Assembly: GCF_036321535.1 (NCBI RefSeq)
Contig: NC_087436.1
Coordinates: 62,126,001 to 62,190,000 of the forward strand
Direction of reading: 5' to 3'
Length of the DNA stretch: 64,000 nt
Origin: Camelus dromedarius
Taxonomy: Eukaryota
Shown here piece after piece: positions 26,176 through 40,309 of this stretch (position 1 is the first letter of the stretch; every line of letters begins with the position of its first letter). The translations under genes and the position numbers were made by a program. The notes beneath the pieces are model-generated. The model searched no databases. It saw nothing but the letters and a program-made list of their open reading frames with translations, and was not told the origin of the DNA.

Positions 26176-27103
26176 TGTGCTGCTCTCTTAGCTCCCTTGA
26201 AAGCCTGTAAGAGGAGGGACCATGGCTGCCGCCCTACTGGTCTCTCCAGAGTCTGGGGTGTAGAAGATGGTCAGTAAATCTTGATGGAATATGTGACTTG
26301 GGATTTTTTTTCAGCTTAGCTACATGTGGAAGTTTTTATCATCTTTGAATATGCTGAATGCTCAAAGAATATTTCCAATGATCAGGTTATATCTGGCTTC
26401 ATTTAACTCTGGTTTTAAAAGTGTGAGAGCATATGGTTTCCAAGTCCAGTTTCTTTTTCAGCTCAAAAGTTTTTACTTATGTTTATACTGCAGCATTTCT
26501 TCTGACATACTTGTTTTCTACTTTTGGAATAACTATAATTTATAGATGAATCTCTGAGATGCAACCTACTGATCTCTTTGATATACTTTACATCCTCTGG
26601 TTTGGAAATATATTTTTCAATGCTGGCTTCTTACTCACAATTTACTTTCTGCAGAACAAATCTAATTTTATTTCTCCCAGGGTGCACTTAATTTCTGTTT
26701 GTTTATGTATTTATGTAGGTGGGTACTTAGTTTTTCATCCTTGTATTCTCTAATGGTTGTCAGGTCTATTATTATTATTATCTCCATTATCCCTGTCTGT
26801 TTCTCATATTTAACAGAGGTAATGTTCTCTTGAATCTCCTTTAGGACTATTATCCAGATATTGCATAATCTTTTGCCATTTCATTTTTTATGGAGTAAGT
26901 CACTCATAATGTAAAAATCTTTCTCATTCATGTGAGGCTATCACTCTTCTGTTCCTTCCCCTCCCTCTCTTACTCCCTCTCTCCCTCCTCCTTCTCTCCT
27001 TCCTTCCCTCCTTCTTTCCATACACAAAAAGAACAAAGAACATTGTTCATCATTCATTTATACAAAGGGTTACAACTCACTGCAATCACCCCATGAAGTG
27101 TAC

Positions 27104-27477
27104 TGTAAGAGGAATTCCGGATGGAAGAAAAACGGGAGGAAGCATTCTGTGCTTTGGGGCCCCTAGATAGTTAAGATGCGTATCTAAGGAAGAATTTCAG
27201 TGACCCCCAGATTCTTGGCATCTTCCCATACATAGCAAAGCACAAAAATCATTAACTCAAAATATCTCTTCTTTGTGATTTGCAGTAATCTTTTCATGCC
27301 TGACTACATATATTTCCCAGCCAAAAAATTTGTATATATATAGGTTCCTCCCCTATCTGTTTGGAGCAGTTCCTCAGCGCTTTCTGACAGGCTGTCTTCC
27401 AGACTATAGTCTCAGTTAGGTCCCCAAATAAAACTGAAAGTCACTGTTCTGATGTTGTGCATTATTTTTAGTTGATA
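27104..27477 (+). mobile_element. ERV1-class LTR (may start as early as ~27020)
   Basis: TATA-like tgtatatatata, ttggagcagttcctcagcgctttctga, AATAAA near 27427, and an end agttgata (decayed TTGACA). Confidence 0.7.
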
Positions 27478-27502
27478 CTTCCTTCCATCCTTCCTTTCCT
27501 TC

Positions 27503-28030
27503 TGTAGGGGATAAAAATAACTTTCCCTCTACCCTTCCAGGTTCTTGGCTGAGGCGACCCTGTAATAAGTTAGCAGGAGAAAAACAGAAGCTTAATAACA
27601 CATACACCTGGGAGATGCTCAGGAAAACTGAGTAACTCCCAGAAATGGCACAAGTCACTACCTTAAATACCATCTCAAGCTGAAGACAAAGAAAGATATC
27701 AAAGTAGCTGAAGGTCAGTTACTGGAGGTTACCAGGAAAAACATAGTAAACAAGGTATGATTGTTATACAGATTTAAATCTGTACCTTCTTCTTTGGTGA
27801 AAGTTTCTAGAGATTTTGTCTTCCTCCTCCTCCTGGTACAAAGAGGAAGACACACCTTTACAAATGGAGATTCTCTTACAAATGTAAATACTCCTTACCA
27901 AAGGGTCACTTCTACCCTGTTTGCAGAGCTTCTTCTGTGTCTACTGTTTCTTAAAAATAATCATCAGCCTAAAAATAATTCTTATGCCAAAAAGACATAT
28001 TTGGGGGTGTAATTTCTGCTCCTTCTTTCA
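27503..28030 (-). mobile_element. ERV1 solo LTR, MER41-related laurasiatherian type
   Basis: TG...CA ends (tgtaggggata...ctttca), with ttaaataccatctc and aaaaataattcttatgccaaaaagacatatttggggg. Confidence 0.75.
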
Positions 28031-30389
28031 TTCTTTTTTTGTTTTGCCTATTTTTTTCTTGACAGTAGATTGATTTATGTAGGTCTATCAGATTTAGCTT
28101 TTTATCTATGTAGTATTTACATATTCTGCCATCATTTTCTGCCATTAAATCTTTTATCAGGAAATGCCATAAGAGACTTAGATAGTTTTTAGATAAAGCT
28201 CATGCTCAATGAATGCTGCTTATTTTAATTCAAAATATATTATAATTTTCCTAGTAAAAGTAATCCCAGTTTGAGGCCAGGAGCACTTCTTTGAAGTCAT
28301 GACTAAGAGAACAAGAATGAAGTTGAGAGGTAGGTAAAGCTATGAGTTAAGGAACATTATTTCTGGGGTTCCAACACTGCTTGGACATACAGATGCAAAT
28401 GAAAGCTTTGACCAAAATAACTATCTGCTCTCTGTCCCACACTCCAGAGACTTGAATTTCTCTCTCAGGCCATTTATCTTCTTAATAATTGTTTCCTTTA
28501 TGGTGCTATCTCCTGAGCCATATATCTCTGGCAGATAGAACCAAGTAAACTGATAAATTACAGGTAGCAGTGTAGTCAATAAATGGCTCAGACCCCCAAA
28601 TTTGTTTTACCATGTCCTCCATGAAAAGACTGATAAATTCAAGTATGGAGACCTGAAACTTTCTTATGACACAAGGCAGGAAGTAGTGATTGAGAGACAT
28701 CATCTGCTTGATACGAATCAAAACTATCTGGTTCACAGGAAAGATGACCACAAACTGGGGAAAAAAGACATGTCAAATAAATATTTATTTAATAAAACCA
28801 CCATATTTATATTTGTTAACACAATATGAGCTTGTAACTTGATGACAACACACATGATTAAGCTAAAACAGGGATTCACACTAATGATGCACTAAAAAAG
28901 ACAAAAATTAAACATATAACCTTTAATCAGATGTATGAATTAAATCTACAAAACAATAAAACATAAAAGCAGAATTAGTAGCTAAAGGCCTAGGCAATTG
29001 TAAATATAAGCTAAATGGAGATGTAGGAAATAAACAAAGATCACAAAATCAAGAATTTAACTTTTTTCCTGTGTAGCTCCCATAACTCTGTTAATTTTAA
29101 TTCTTATGATGCTGAAGGCTTGAGTTAGTATTTCCCTTCACCTAGACAGCCCCAATTTGTTGCAAATTTGGGACCTAGAAAGCAAGAATATTCTCTCTTT
29201 TGCAAAATAATACCATTTACAGTGCATCTGATAATGTCTACATAGCATCACTGAATAGAATGTTTAGTTACAGACTCAGTCCACTTTTTGTTCTTCCACC
29301 TCAGTTTATGTTATTAACTGCCCACTTATTGGTGCTAATTCTTTGTGTATTATCAGTCTATAGTGGTTACATTTAATAACTCAGCTTGAAAGGACTTGAA
29401 TTCTGTTTGATACAATTTCATTTACAATATCTTGCTGTGCTCAGGGCATACTGGCTGCCACAACTGATAGTAGGACTTTTCAAGTATTACTTGAAAAAAT
29501 ATATGCATCATTTTAATTAATTAATGTATTTTCAATAATTCTTTTAGGGACATATCTTACGTAGTTATAGGTAACCTAAATAATAACGTTATTTTATTGG
29601 CTAGGGAAAAAACACTGAATCTCAGAACAAGCATGTAAATTTAGATCAAAATTTGAAAACTGAAGTGTACTTTAGTTTGTAGATCATCTTAATCAAAGTA
29701 AATATATTTTAGAAACATCTTATCTCCCACTATAAGGCAGAGCATCCACAGAGTTAGAAACTAAATAAAATCAACAAGGAAAAATTATTCATTTATTTCT
29801 TTATTAAATAAATATGTGTTGAGTATTTAATATGTGTTATGCTACCTTCTAAGTATTAAAGAATGGTTAAAAAAGGAAAAGTCCCTACCCTCATCAGAGC
29901 AATCCAATTTAGAACTGAAAATGTAGCTTTGACTGGTAGCTTTTAACTCTTACCATTACCAAAGCATCTGTCATTATTCTATTATGTTCATACTGTTGCC
30001 AGGCCAGACGGTCACCTGTCTCTAAGATTCACCTTGGAAAATGGCTGTATGGTAGGATTTACGAAGGTTTTTGAAGCCTGGGCCTACTGGGACAGTGGAG
30101 AGGACAATGGCTCACATGCACTGGTAGACCTGTGAATGTCCAGTCTAAGCAACAGTAGGTTCTTCTCAACGTCGGCAACCTGGTGATGACCCTTTACATG
30201 TGTTCTGTTGTGGATAATGAACTTTGGTCTTATACAGCCCTCTGGCTGATATCTGTCCTTTGCAATTATGCACTTGTCACACGTTGTCTTCTAAACAGGA
30301 CACTATAATTAATTTCAGAATGGCAAGGAGAAGGCAATCTGCCCCATTTTTGTCAACACCATGCTACAATCTCTCCTTATTTTTCAGAC

Positions 30390-30682
30390 GACCATGGGCC
30401 ATAAAAAGAAAATGTGAGCCACATCTACAGATATTAAGTTTTCTAGAAAAAAGTCAAAAGAAAGTTTATTCTATGTTTTATTTAATCTAACATATATAAG
30501 TATTACCACTTCATCATATAATCAATGTAAAATTTTCAGTGAGATGTTTTGCATTCTTTTGTTTTATACTAAATCTTCAACTCCTCTATTTAACACTCAC
30601 AGCACATCTCAATACAAACTAACCAATACTGAAGGGTTCAATAGACACATGTGACTAGGGGCTACAGTATTGGACAGTGCAG
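30390..30682 (+). mobile_element. hAT-Charlie MITE, MER33-like
   Basis: atgtgagccacat...cacagcacatctcaat...caatagacacatgtgactaggggctacagtattggacagtgcag. Confidence 0.8.
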
Positions 30683-30754
30683 TTCTAGAACACTGATGTG
30701 GGATTGTCTTCAAAAACAGAAGATTCAATAGTCCATTATAGACCTTGGATGTCC

Positions 30755-31560
30755 AATTTCCAGACCTATATATCAAGAACTTGGAAGTCATCACTCCCAG
30801 CTTCACAAGAAGAGAACAGCTCAACAAACTGAATCCAGAAACTCTACTTATATTAGTCAGAGAATTGAGCTCACAGGGTAAACCACCATCTTGAAACTTG
30901 AGAGAGAGACAGATACAGGGAATCACACCTAACTGGGAGCAGAAACTGCTGCTGGAGCTAACACTGGGTAGCAATACTTCAAAGGTAAGTGACTAATTCC
31001 TGGAACCTGAGAGTAGACCAGTATGAGACATAAAATTCTTGGAGACTCAGCCTTCAGGGAGGGTCCCATACTTTTGCCAATTTCAACTCTAGAAGCCCTA
31101 CCAAATTCTCAGGGTGAAGATCAGAGAAAATTCCCCTCATGTTTCCTTCAGGGGAGGTGAAAAGTAAACATTTTGAAATGTGCCTAGAGTGACAGTAGCA
31201 AAATATTCTACTCAAGCCCACTCTAGCCTTCAACATGATGAAATGGAAATACTGCAGTCCCCTCTAGATAAGAATGGAAACAAACAAACAAACAGGCTGA
31301 GAAACACTGATAAAGATCACAACCCAGAGGCATAAACTCACTAGAAGACTGAGATCTAATCATAGGATTATACATCACCTCTCTACCTCATCTTACCATC
31401 CCATCAATAGGGCTCCTGTATAGGAGGAGGACTACAACTGAAAAGACCTGCAAGGCTCAGATAACACTTAGGAAGAGATCTCTAGGGAAACCCAAAGGCA
31501 ACAGGAGAGACAAAACAAGAACACTATGGGACATTTTAGCCTCTGACACCTACAGCTACA
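30755..31560 (+). mobile_element. Old L1M 5' end remnant
   Basis: agaacttggaagtcatcactccc...cagagaattgagctcacagggtaaaccaccatcttgaaac...acagatacagggaatcaca, homologous to the reverse of ~1400-1597. Confidence 0.7.
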
Positions 31561-33174
31561 AGGACACTTGATGTACAACTACAGGTGCTGCATCTTATTC
31601 CGTCTTCAGAGTTGTCATGTGGGCCCTTATCATCAAACTAATTTGAGAATGCAGTGTCTCCTGCTTACTTACATTACATTGAGATATTTTTGGATTAGGG
31701 ATTTTCAATGATGAAAACTTTTAAAGTATTTCTATTCTAACAGGGAGCAAGTCTGAAAACGATTACTTGTTTGTATCTCTCTATGAGTAGGTGAGTAGGT
31801 ATGTGCATTTATTTCTCCATTGTCCCGATTAATGAATCTTCTTACACTTTTTAGGGAAGATTTTGATAATGGTGTCTCTAAAACCATTACTGCAGTGTCC
31901 ATTTTCCTAAACATTTCTTTTCTAAATGCATTCCGTTATATAAATACAACACTAACTCAAACACTTCTCTGGACTTCTGGATTATAAGACACGTATGTAA
32001 GAAGTTTACTCTATGCTACTATTCAGATATGACACCTGGAATTTGGTTGCTCCCCAAACCATTTTATTCATGCCTAGATTCTGTGCAGTATTATAGGTAG
32101 CTGGCTTTGCTAAATATTTGATGTGCAAATAATTAAGTTTTTTTACTTTCTTTCTCACTTTCCATTTTTAAAATATATGTGAGATAGCTAAAGTCAAAAC
32201 TCTTACTAATATCCATGATAAAAAAATAAGTACATTAATTGTATTTCTTTACACTGCCCGTTATTCAAACAGTTCTGCTCAATTCACATTAATAAAGATT
32301 GTTCACATGCGTGAATTAATGTTCTGGGATAATTTAATCAAGACAACTTTAAAATTTAAAGATACATAAGGGGAAGGGGAAAAAAAAAACTTATGGGAAA
32401 AATGTGGTAAACTATAGCTAAGAGATTACAAAAGTCTTGGCAGAATTTCTCTTTAATGTGAAGTTGATGAAGAATTGAAGGTTTCTTTCTTGCCCTGTAC
32501 AAATACAAACTCAACTAGCCCCAGATCACTGCTACAACCCTAACATTCGACTAAAAGAGCACAGAAGGCCACCTTTATCTTGTAGAATTCTATTTACCCT
32601 AATGTCTAACCATAATTCTAGGAAACAAGTTTTCAAAAATAATAAACACAGATCTCTAGTCATGAGATTCCAGGGAACTATCTATTGAGCAGATTCTTAC
32701 TTGTCTACCATTGACCTCTTCAGTTTCTACATCAATTCAACAGATACAACTACTAGGACAAAATTCTGGTAGAAATGAGCAGAGACACAAATCACCACTG
32801 AATACTTGGTTAACTGAGGAAAATAAATTGAAAGTAAGGCTAAATGTTAGAATACAGAGGTATTTTATATTACAATGATTTAAAGAGAAACTGCAAACTC
32901 TAAAAGACTCATCTCAGGAATCCTTGGAATTGGAGAAGTGAATAAAATGTTCCAAGTCAGTCCAGAAGACCAGATACAAATGTCTGGTACAAACTGGAAA
33001 TCGTGTTCAGATTTGTTCGTAACAATTCCATGAGTTTCCCAAGGGAAATATAACTACAGAGGAAAAAGGCAGAAAAATGAACATTAATATTGGGTATATT
33101 AGACCAGGGACTCCGTTAGGGAAGACCTAGGCAAAACACCACGCCATAAGGAGTGTGTTCACCTAGCAGTTGGG

Positions 33175-33192
33175 AGCAGCAGCAGCAGCAGC
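33175..33192. repeat. (AGC)6 microsatellite
   Basis: Read directly from the sequence. Confidence 0.9.
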
Positions 33193-33204
33193 ATCACTGT
33201 CAAA

Positions 33205-33470
33205 ACCAGCCCTTCTTGAGCATCTACTGCATGTAGGCATGATTCATGCTTTGCACTGATTTCTTATTTAAGCTTTAGAATAAATACATGCTGCAGATAT
33301 TTTTATTTTTTCCGTCTATCAGATATATCAGTTTAATCTATCAGACTAATCAATTTGATCTTTCAGATAAATCCACTAAAGTTCAAGGTGGTTACATAAC
33401 TTCCTCAATATCACATAGGTAGTAAAGGTGGAAACTTTAGTTCTTGAGCCCTTACTTAAAGCCACCATAC
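33205..33470 (-). mobile_element. MIR with an internal 22-bp triplication
   Basis: ttcttgagcatctactgcatg...ggttacataacttcctcaatatcacataggtagtaa. Confidence 0.65.
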
Positions 33471-33951
33471 TATATTCCATCTAAGTGATCTTTGAATCTT
33501 CTGTATTATTTTATAAGATATTCCACATTTATCAAAAGAATGTCTCCAAGGGAAGTCTTGAACATTCTACTAAACTTACTTTGTTTTAAATTTTGACTAT
33601 TCCTTCATTGCAAGCTAGATCACCTAATTTTCAAAGTCATGTATCTACTTATGTTACAGTAACTTTTTGTCAGTGCTTCCTGCTCTGGAATTCTTTGGGC
33701 TGAGAATTCTATTTTCCAAGGTAGTTGCTCCTTTTTGTCCCCCTACGTTTATCCAGCAAAAACATTTTCCTCAAGAAATATCTTAAGTCGATATTCACAG
33801 TTAAATTTCTTCTGGTTTTGCTACAGTTGGTGGCAAGTCCATTACTTGGGTCATTTTCATATTTATATTGTTACTAGGAACAGGAACCCTGATTCTATTT
33901 TAATTTCCACTTAATATATCATTTTGATGTCCCTTTTCTTTTCCAGCAAGT

Positions 33952-34440
33952 ATTTTTTTTTATTGAAGTATAGTTGATTTACAGTATTATGTTAATCCCA
34001 GGTGTACAGAGAAGTGATTCAGTTATACCTATATACATATATATCTTTTTAAAAATTATTTTCCATTATGCACTATTACAAGATATTGAATATAGTTCCC
34101 TGTGCCATACAGTAGGTCCTTGTTGCTTTTCTATTTTATATATGGCAGTGTGCATCTGTTAATCTCATACTTCCAATATATCTCTCCCCCCTTTTCCTTT
34201 AATAACCATAAATTTGCTTTCTATATCTGTGAATCTGCTTTATAAGTAAGTTTATTTTTACTGTTTTTCAGATTCTACATATAAGTAATATCATATAATA
34301 TTTGTCTTTCTCTGTCTGGCTTATTTCACTTAGTATGATCATTTCTAGATCCACCCATGATGCTACAAATGGCATTATTTCATTCCCTCTTTAAGGCTAA
34401 GTAATATTCTGTTAATCATACACACACACGCTATATATAT
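33952..34440 (-). mobile_element. L1 3' UTR fragment
   Basis: tttttttattgaagtatagttgatttaca...attgaatatagttccctgtgc...tctggcttatttcacttagtatgat, the same family as 18782-19514. Confidence 0.9.
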
Positions 34441-34459
34441 ATATAAAAATATAAAATAT

Positions 34460-34640
34460 AATATAATAATGGGGGTGGCACCCTACCACTTTTTCCATAT
34501 AAAGTAACATAATCAAGGGAGTGATCTCATCTCCTTTGCCATATTCTGTTGGTTAAAAGTAAGTCACAGATTCCACTAAAATGAAGGGATTATCCAGGCT
34601 TGAACATGGGGTCATTCATTCTAGGGTGTGTCTGCCACCG
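34460..34640 (-). mobile_element. MLT1E/F LTR fragment
   Basis: ctttgccatattctgttggttaaaagtaagtcacag...gtctgccacc. Confidence 0.6.
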
Positions 34641-34699
34641 AAAGGCAGAGTTGAGTTGAGCCAAGTCAATGCTTACAGGATCAAAAATTAAAACTCTTG

Positions 34700-35400
34700 T
34701 GTGAATTATAACCCAATACAAAGTCTCTTTTACACCATCCAAGATGTTCAGTTTGCAATAATTATTTCCTTGAGATATGCATAAAAGGGAAAAAATGAGG
34801 GTTATATTAAAAAATAAACATTCTATTGAAATAAACCTGAGATGAAAGTTAATTTGGGCTTAACTGACTAAAGAGAAATAAAGGCCAAATGCAATGAGTA
34901 ATCATGAATTTAATTCTGGACAGGGAAATAAAACAATTATGAAGGACATTAGTCAAACAACTCATACAATTTGAATGTATATTATAGTTCAGATGATAAC
35001 ACCTTATTAATGATAAATTTTCTGGTTTCAATAATTGTACTACAGCTATGCAGTAGAATGCAGTTGTTCTCAGGAATTAAACACTGAATTATTTAAGGTA
35101 AAGTGCTGTGATAACAGAACTTACTCTCAGATGGTTCAACAAGAAAATTATGTATATCTATTTATTAATGTCTTTCTCTGTATCTATCTACCTATTAAGG
35201 AGAAAGAGGGAGAGCAAGAGAGTGAGAAAGTAAGAGAGAAAGAGTAAGAGAAAAAGAAGAAGAGTAGTGATAAAGTGAATAGGCAAAATTATTACAACTG
35301 GTTAGTCTAGGTAAAAGATACACAGCATTTCTTTTTAACAGTCTTATAATCCCTCTGTACATCTGAGGTTATAGCACTACCAAATTTTACAAAAATGTTG
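34700..35400 (+). mobile_element. L1MC4/5-like 3' end
   Basis: aaatgcaatgagtaatcatgaatttaattctggac, acactgaattatttaaggtaaag and aacttactctcagatggttca. Confidence 0.7.
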
Positions 35401-38359
35401 ATATTGGTCATATTTAATTGGTATTTATCTATATCTGGCTTTCCTAAAAGAATAGATGTATATACTGATTTGAAAATAAAGAATTATACAATTAAAAAAA
35501 AAGGCTGGAAAGAAATATTTTAAAAATAAACTCTGTAACACTAGATTGCAACTAGGTATTGGGATTACAGTTTATTTTCATGTGTTTTCTTGTAATTATG
35601 TTTTATACATTTTCTAACCTATGCACATATAAATATAATAAATTGTAAGTTAAACATGTTATATAGAAATGTTAATAGAACCAACTTAACGTATTTAATA
35701 TTCTGCCCTCCAGTCTGCCATGATACAGCTGGGTTTTTATTCATAACAGAAGTATATATTAATAATATTACTTAAAAATAATTTATTAACAGTGGTTATT
35801 ATTTTGTCAGAAACATGTAAACTTTCTTTAGGTATCCTGAATAACTTCAAGAGTTTTATCTGGGGGAAATAAAACTATATTCAATAGTGAATTAAATGAG
35901 AAAAATTAATATATCAGAATTTGAGGAAATATAAAATGCTAATTTAAATCATATTTATATATTGCTTTTTCTTCTGTGTTTTTTTCCACTTCAATCAGAA
36001 ATCATTAGTTTCGCATGAGTGAAAAACAGTAATGTGCTAAATAGATGACATCATGGAAGAGGAATGCACGTGTATGTATTACCAAGGAAAGACAGACTAG
36101 AGGAAATGTTAAGTGAGAATAAGTTAATTTTCAGCTGGAAATATGGAAAAGTCATAAATACCATCATTTTTATATCAACTAGCAAGATTATTTAGTGAAT
36201 ATATATGTTAGTAAAATGTGGAAATGTGGAAAGGTTGGCATCAGACACTTCCAAGTTGTTGAAATTTGGACTAGAATATATGCAGTACTGATAGCCCTGA
36301 ATTAGCTCCTTCAAGTAGGCTGAATTTTAGCTGTTAGAGCCATTTCAGGTTGTATTCAATTAAAGTTATTTCAACTTAATATACCCTATTATTAGGGGGA
36401 AGGGTAGAGACTGTATTTGAAATTGCGTCTATGTCTAAAAGGAATGGTGTTTTCAAACTTAAAAGTTTTCGGTATCATTCTTGAAATAAAAGCCATGACG
36501 TTAAGTTATTTACCAAGTAAACACTTACTAACAAATCCAGCCATTACAACTAGATTGTCAAAATCAGAACCCTTTTGAGTATTTGGTCCCATATAATGCA
36601 GTGAGAATCATCCTAAACGGTTAATTTAAATCAAAATCTTTCCCGAACATGGATTTCATATAATATTACATGGTTGTGTCTGAAGTAAATTAGCACTGGA
36701 AAAAACTAGTTAACCTAAGTTATTCAACTCACAGACATACCTGAAGAGGAAAACAAATAAAATATTCAGGAACTCAGCTTTAACTCATTTGTTTATTCAT
36801 TCATCAGCAAATACTTGTTGATTTCTACTGGGCACTAGGCATTGTAATAAGGAATTGAGAGAACTTGAATAAATCTATACTAAAACAAATGTTAATCTGC
36901 TGCAATTTTAAATGTCCCAAATCTACAAATATACACATGGATGGTTAGATAATTAATGGATGGTATGTACTGGTATCCTAAAATAGTCTGTAAATTATAA
37001 AGCTAGACTTTTAGTTTAGTCCCATCTCATGTATGGGGAATGTTGTTCATTAGTACTGAATGCAACTGGTTTTTAACTTCATTATACTCACTCTGGGTAC
37101 AGTGTAAGACAAAGGATACTCAATATTTGAGCTGAGTTTTAGATTTAGTAGAAATATCCTAGCTTTTAAGTTTGAATAAACCTTTAAAGATCATTGTACT
37201 TTTAAGAAATGAATCTACTGTCTCACACTTTAAAGATTCACTGACTGACAAATATGAATAAAATAATACTTTACCTGAAATAATGCATTTCTCACGTTAA
37301 ATGTTCTCTGATGGTTCTTTTGCTTTTATATTAGCTTTTTTCCACTGTTAGCTTATGATTTCAATGAGTAATTGTATTTCAGAGAAACAATATCACTATT
37401 GATTTTTAATGACAGAACCTCTGTTTCTAAATATATACCACTAAAAAATCCTTTACATTTACAGGGTATGCTAACAGATTCTATCATATATACATCAGTG
37501 CTTTTCTTTTTGAACCCAAAAAACACTGAACAATGTAAAATCTTATCTTGTGGCACCAAAGATACGTATGAAGTGAAGTGAAATAATAATTAAAAAATAA
37601 AACATACTCCCAAAGGGACAAAAAGTGTGTGTGTTTGTGTGTATACATATTTTTTTTTACCAGTTTAAATAAATTAGTTTAATCTTCTTAAACTAGGATG
37701 TTAATCTTTCCCAAACAATAAAATTCATGTTTTAACTTTAAGCTCTTTAGGAGAGTGGAAATACAGTTCCTCAGATTGAGACAGAAATATGACAAAGCAC
37801 CTGAAATTTGTTATCAAACCATATAATGTGAATTTGCTATTATTTCTTAGCAAGAGAAATGCTGAATATCTACAGTTACTCTTTCTTCTTTGTCTTGTTT
37901 TATCTCAATCAAAGAAAACATTATTTTCTCATGTACTGAGTCCATATTTATCATGGATGTTGGTTGTATTTCATACCTTTATTCTGGTGGTAGGGGTGGG
38001 GTTGGGGAGAAACAAAAAGAAAACCTCTGTTCATCTTCAGGCTAGTATTACTGATCATACTTCATATGTAGTAATGATCATTCTACTACCTCATAAGTCT
38101 GAAAATAATTAACTTCTAACAATGTAGAATGGATGGATGACTCCAGACAAAATTAAAATGATTTGTATATATTTAGCATATTAAATTACTTCATAAAATA
38201 TATGCACCACAACTTATTAAAAAAAAAAAGGAAATATCAAGGCCAATGTCTTAGCTTGTGTCCATCTAGAAAACAGAGCCTGAGACCGTGGCTAGTAGGC
38301 AGGGGCAATGTGCTTGGAGCATGTTGCAGTAGCAGGAGAAAGGTACAAATGAGGTCTGA

Positions 38360-38830
38360 GAGACCATAATTTAACTGGGTGCTTTTTAAACCATAGTAGG
38401 GTGGCTGGTGTGTATTTTAAATAGACAGGAAGTCATTGATGGAAGGATACAATCAGGTTTACTATCATAAAAAGTTACTGTAACTCTTAGTTGGAGAATA
38501 CATTTTAGAAACAGAATGGTACCAAGGAGGCCAGTTAAGAAATGTTTGCAGCAGTCCAGGTGATAGACGATGATTTCTTCAAGCTAGTATTTAAACAAAA
38601 TGAACAAGTTTCAGATTTGGTTTGGAGAATGATAATTAAGAGCTTGCTAACATATTGGTTACTGGTGAAGGAAATGGAGGAACCATAGTAGATACTTTGA
38701 ATATTTCACCTGAGTAATTCAGTGGTGATAATGATGTGTACGACGTTACATAAGAAGGATTTTGGAGGGCAGAGCTTGAGGGAGAAATCAAGAGTTCTAC
38801 TCTAACTATGCGAAATATGAAATGCTGATG
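38360..38830 (-). mobile_element. L2 remnant
   Basis: ggaggccagttaagaaatgtttgcagcagtccaggtgatagacgatgat and ggagaaatcaagagttc. Confidence 0.7.
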
Positions 38831-38849
38831 AGGAAATATATAGGCACTC

Positions 38850-39450
38850 TTTCCATTATTTCTTTACTTCTTGGCATGCAAAAAACCTTACATAATTAAT
38901 ATATAAGGCTTGATGAATTCAGAGATAAATATATACCCTAGAAACTGTCACCAAAATCTGTGCCATAAACTTATCACCTCCAAAAGTTTCCTCCTAAACT
39001 CTTATTTATGATGATGAGGATGATGATGATTAGAACATTGAACATGGCATCTAACCTCTCAGCTAACTTTAAAGTATACAATACTGTAAAGTCTAGGCAT
39101 GATGCTGTACAGCAGATCCCTGGGACTTAAAATGCATGTTGTGTAACAGAAACTTCGTGCTTGACTAAAACCTCCCCGCTTCCCCTTCCTCTCCGTTCCC
39201 TGGGACCCACCATTACACTCTACTTTGATGAGCCTGACTATTTTAGATTCATCATATAAGTGAGACCATGTGGTATTTTCCTTTCTATATCTGGCTTATT
39301 TCACTTAGAAAAATGTCCTCCAGACTCATCAGCATTTTTATAAATGGTACGATTTCTTTCCTTTTTAAGGTTGAATAATATTGCATTATATGTGCATGTC
39401 ACAATCTCTTTATTCCCTCATCCATCAAGGGACATTTAGATTGCTTCCAC
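38850..39450 (-). mobile_element. L1MA9-like 3' end
   Basis: atcacctccaaaagtttcctc, atgctgtacagcagatccct and ttagattcatcatataagtgagaccatg. Confidence 0.8.
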
Positions 39451-40309
39451 TTACAGTATAACACAATGATCTAAAATAAAAATAAATGAATTGAAATTAA
39501 ATGTATAAACTTAATCAATTCCATAAATACAACATCGAGTATAACAGGCAAATTGGAAGAGAATAGGTAGACCTAATAACATTTATGTTTATTTCCACTA
39601 TCCAAAGTATTCTTATAAAATAACACATTTAAGGATCAAAATATATTAAAGATACAACTCTATGCCAACCTTAAGATGTTGTTTACCTCTAGGTTGGGAG
39701 GGAAAGGAAAAAGTTAGGGGAATGTGGAAACGTTAGTAATATTTATAAACATTGTGATTACTGATATTAGAAAAAAATAAATGCATCAAAAGTGGCAAAA
39801 TGCATAACATTTTAGAACTAGTATCTAAGTTCAGGACAACGTCTAGAAAAGGATTTTGAGACAGGGCTTAAGTAACATCATTGGTGAGAAGAGTGATTAT
39901 GAGACTGAGGAAACTGACAGAAAAAATAGACATTAATCATGGGACCGTTAGGAAATTTCAAAATCCTGCAGTCTTTGGCATGTATAATTATAGTCTTCGA
40001 TAGCATTTGGAACATTTACTTCAATTATATGTTCTGACCAACAAAATAGCCATCACTTTCAATGATTCCCAAATAGAGAATTTAACAATAGCAAATTAAT
40101 GTGCTGTTGTGATGACAGAATTTTAAAGTAGAAATGATTTTTACTTGATTACTTTAAAAGGATTTTAATCATAAAGAAGTATCATAGATTGTAAAACTAA
40201 TCATCATTTGAATGTTTCTATAATTAAGAAGACATTATCACTGAGCTATATTTTGGACATTACTTTTTAAATCCTTCTCACCAAATATTTTCTCTGTGAT
40301 ACCTGAGGA

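Noticed and set aside
29993..30183. Possible terminal inverted repeats (tgttgcc...ggcaacc)
   Set aside because: The match is too short and I see no TSD, so I cannot support a MITE call.
30609..30974. 121-aa minus-strand ORF
   Set aside because: It is an antisense read-through of MER33-like and L1M sequence.
35999..36118. Exon-like segment with an acceptor and a gtgaga donor
   Set aside because: There are stops in all three frames and the donor is weak.
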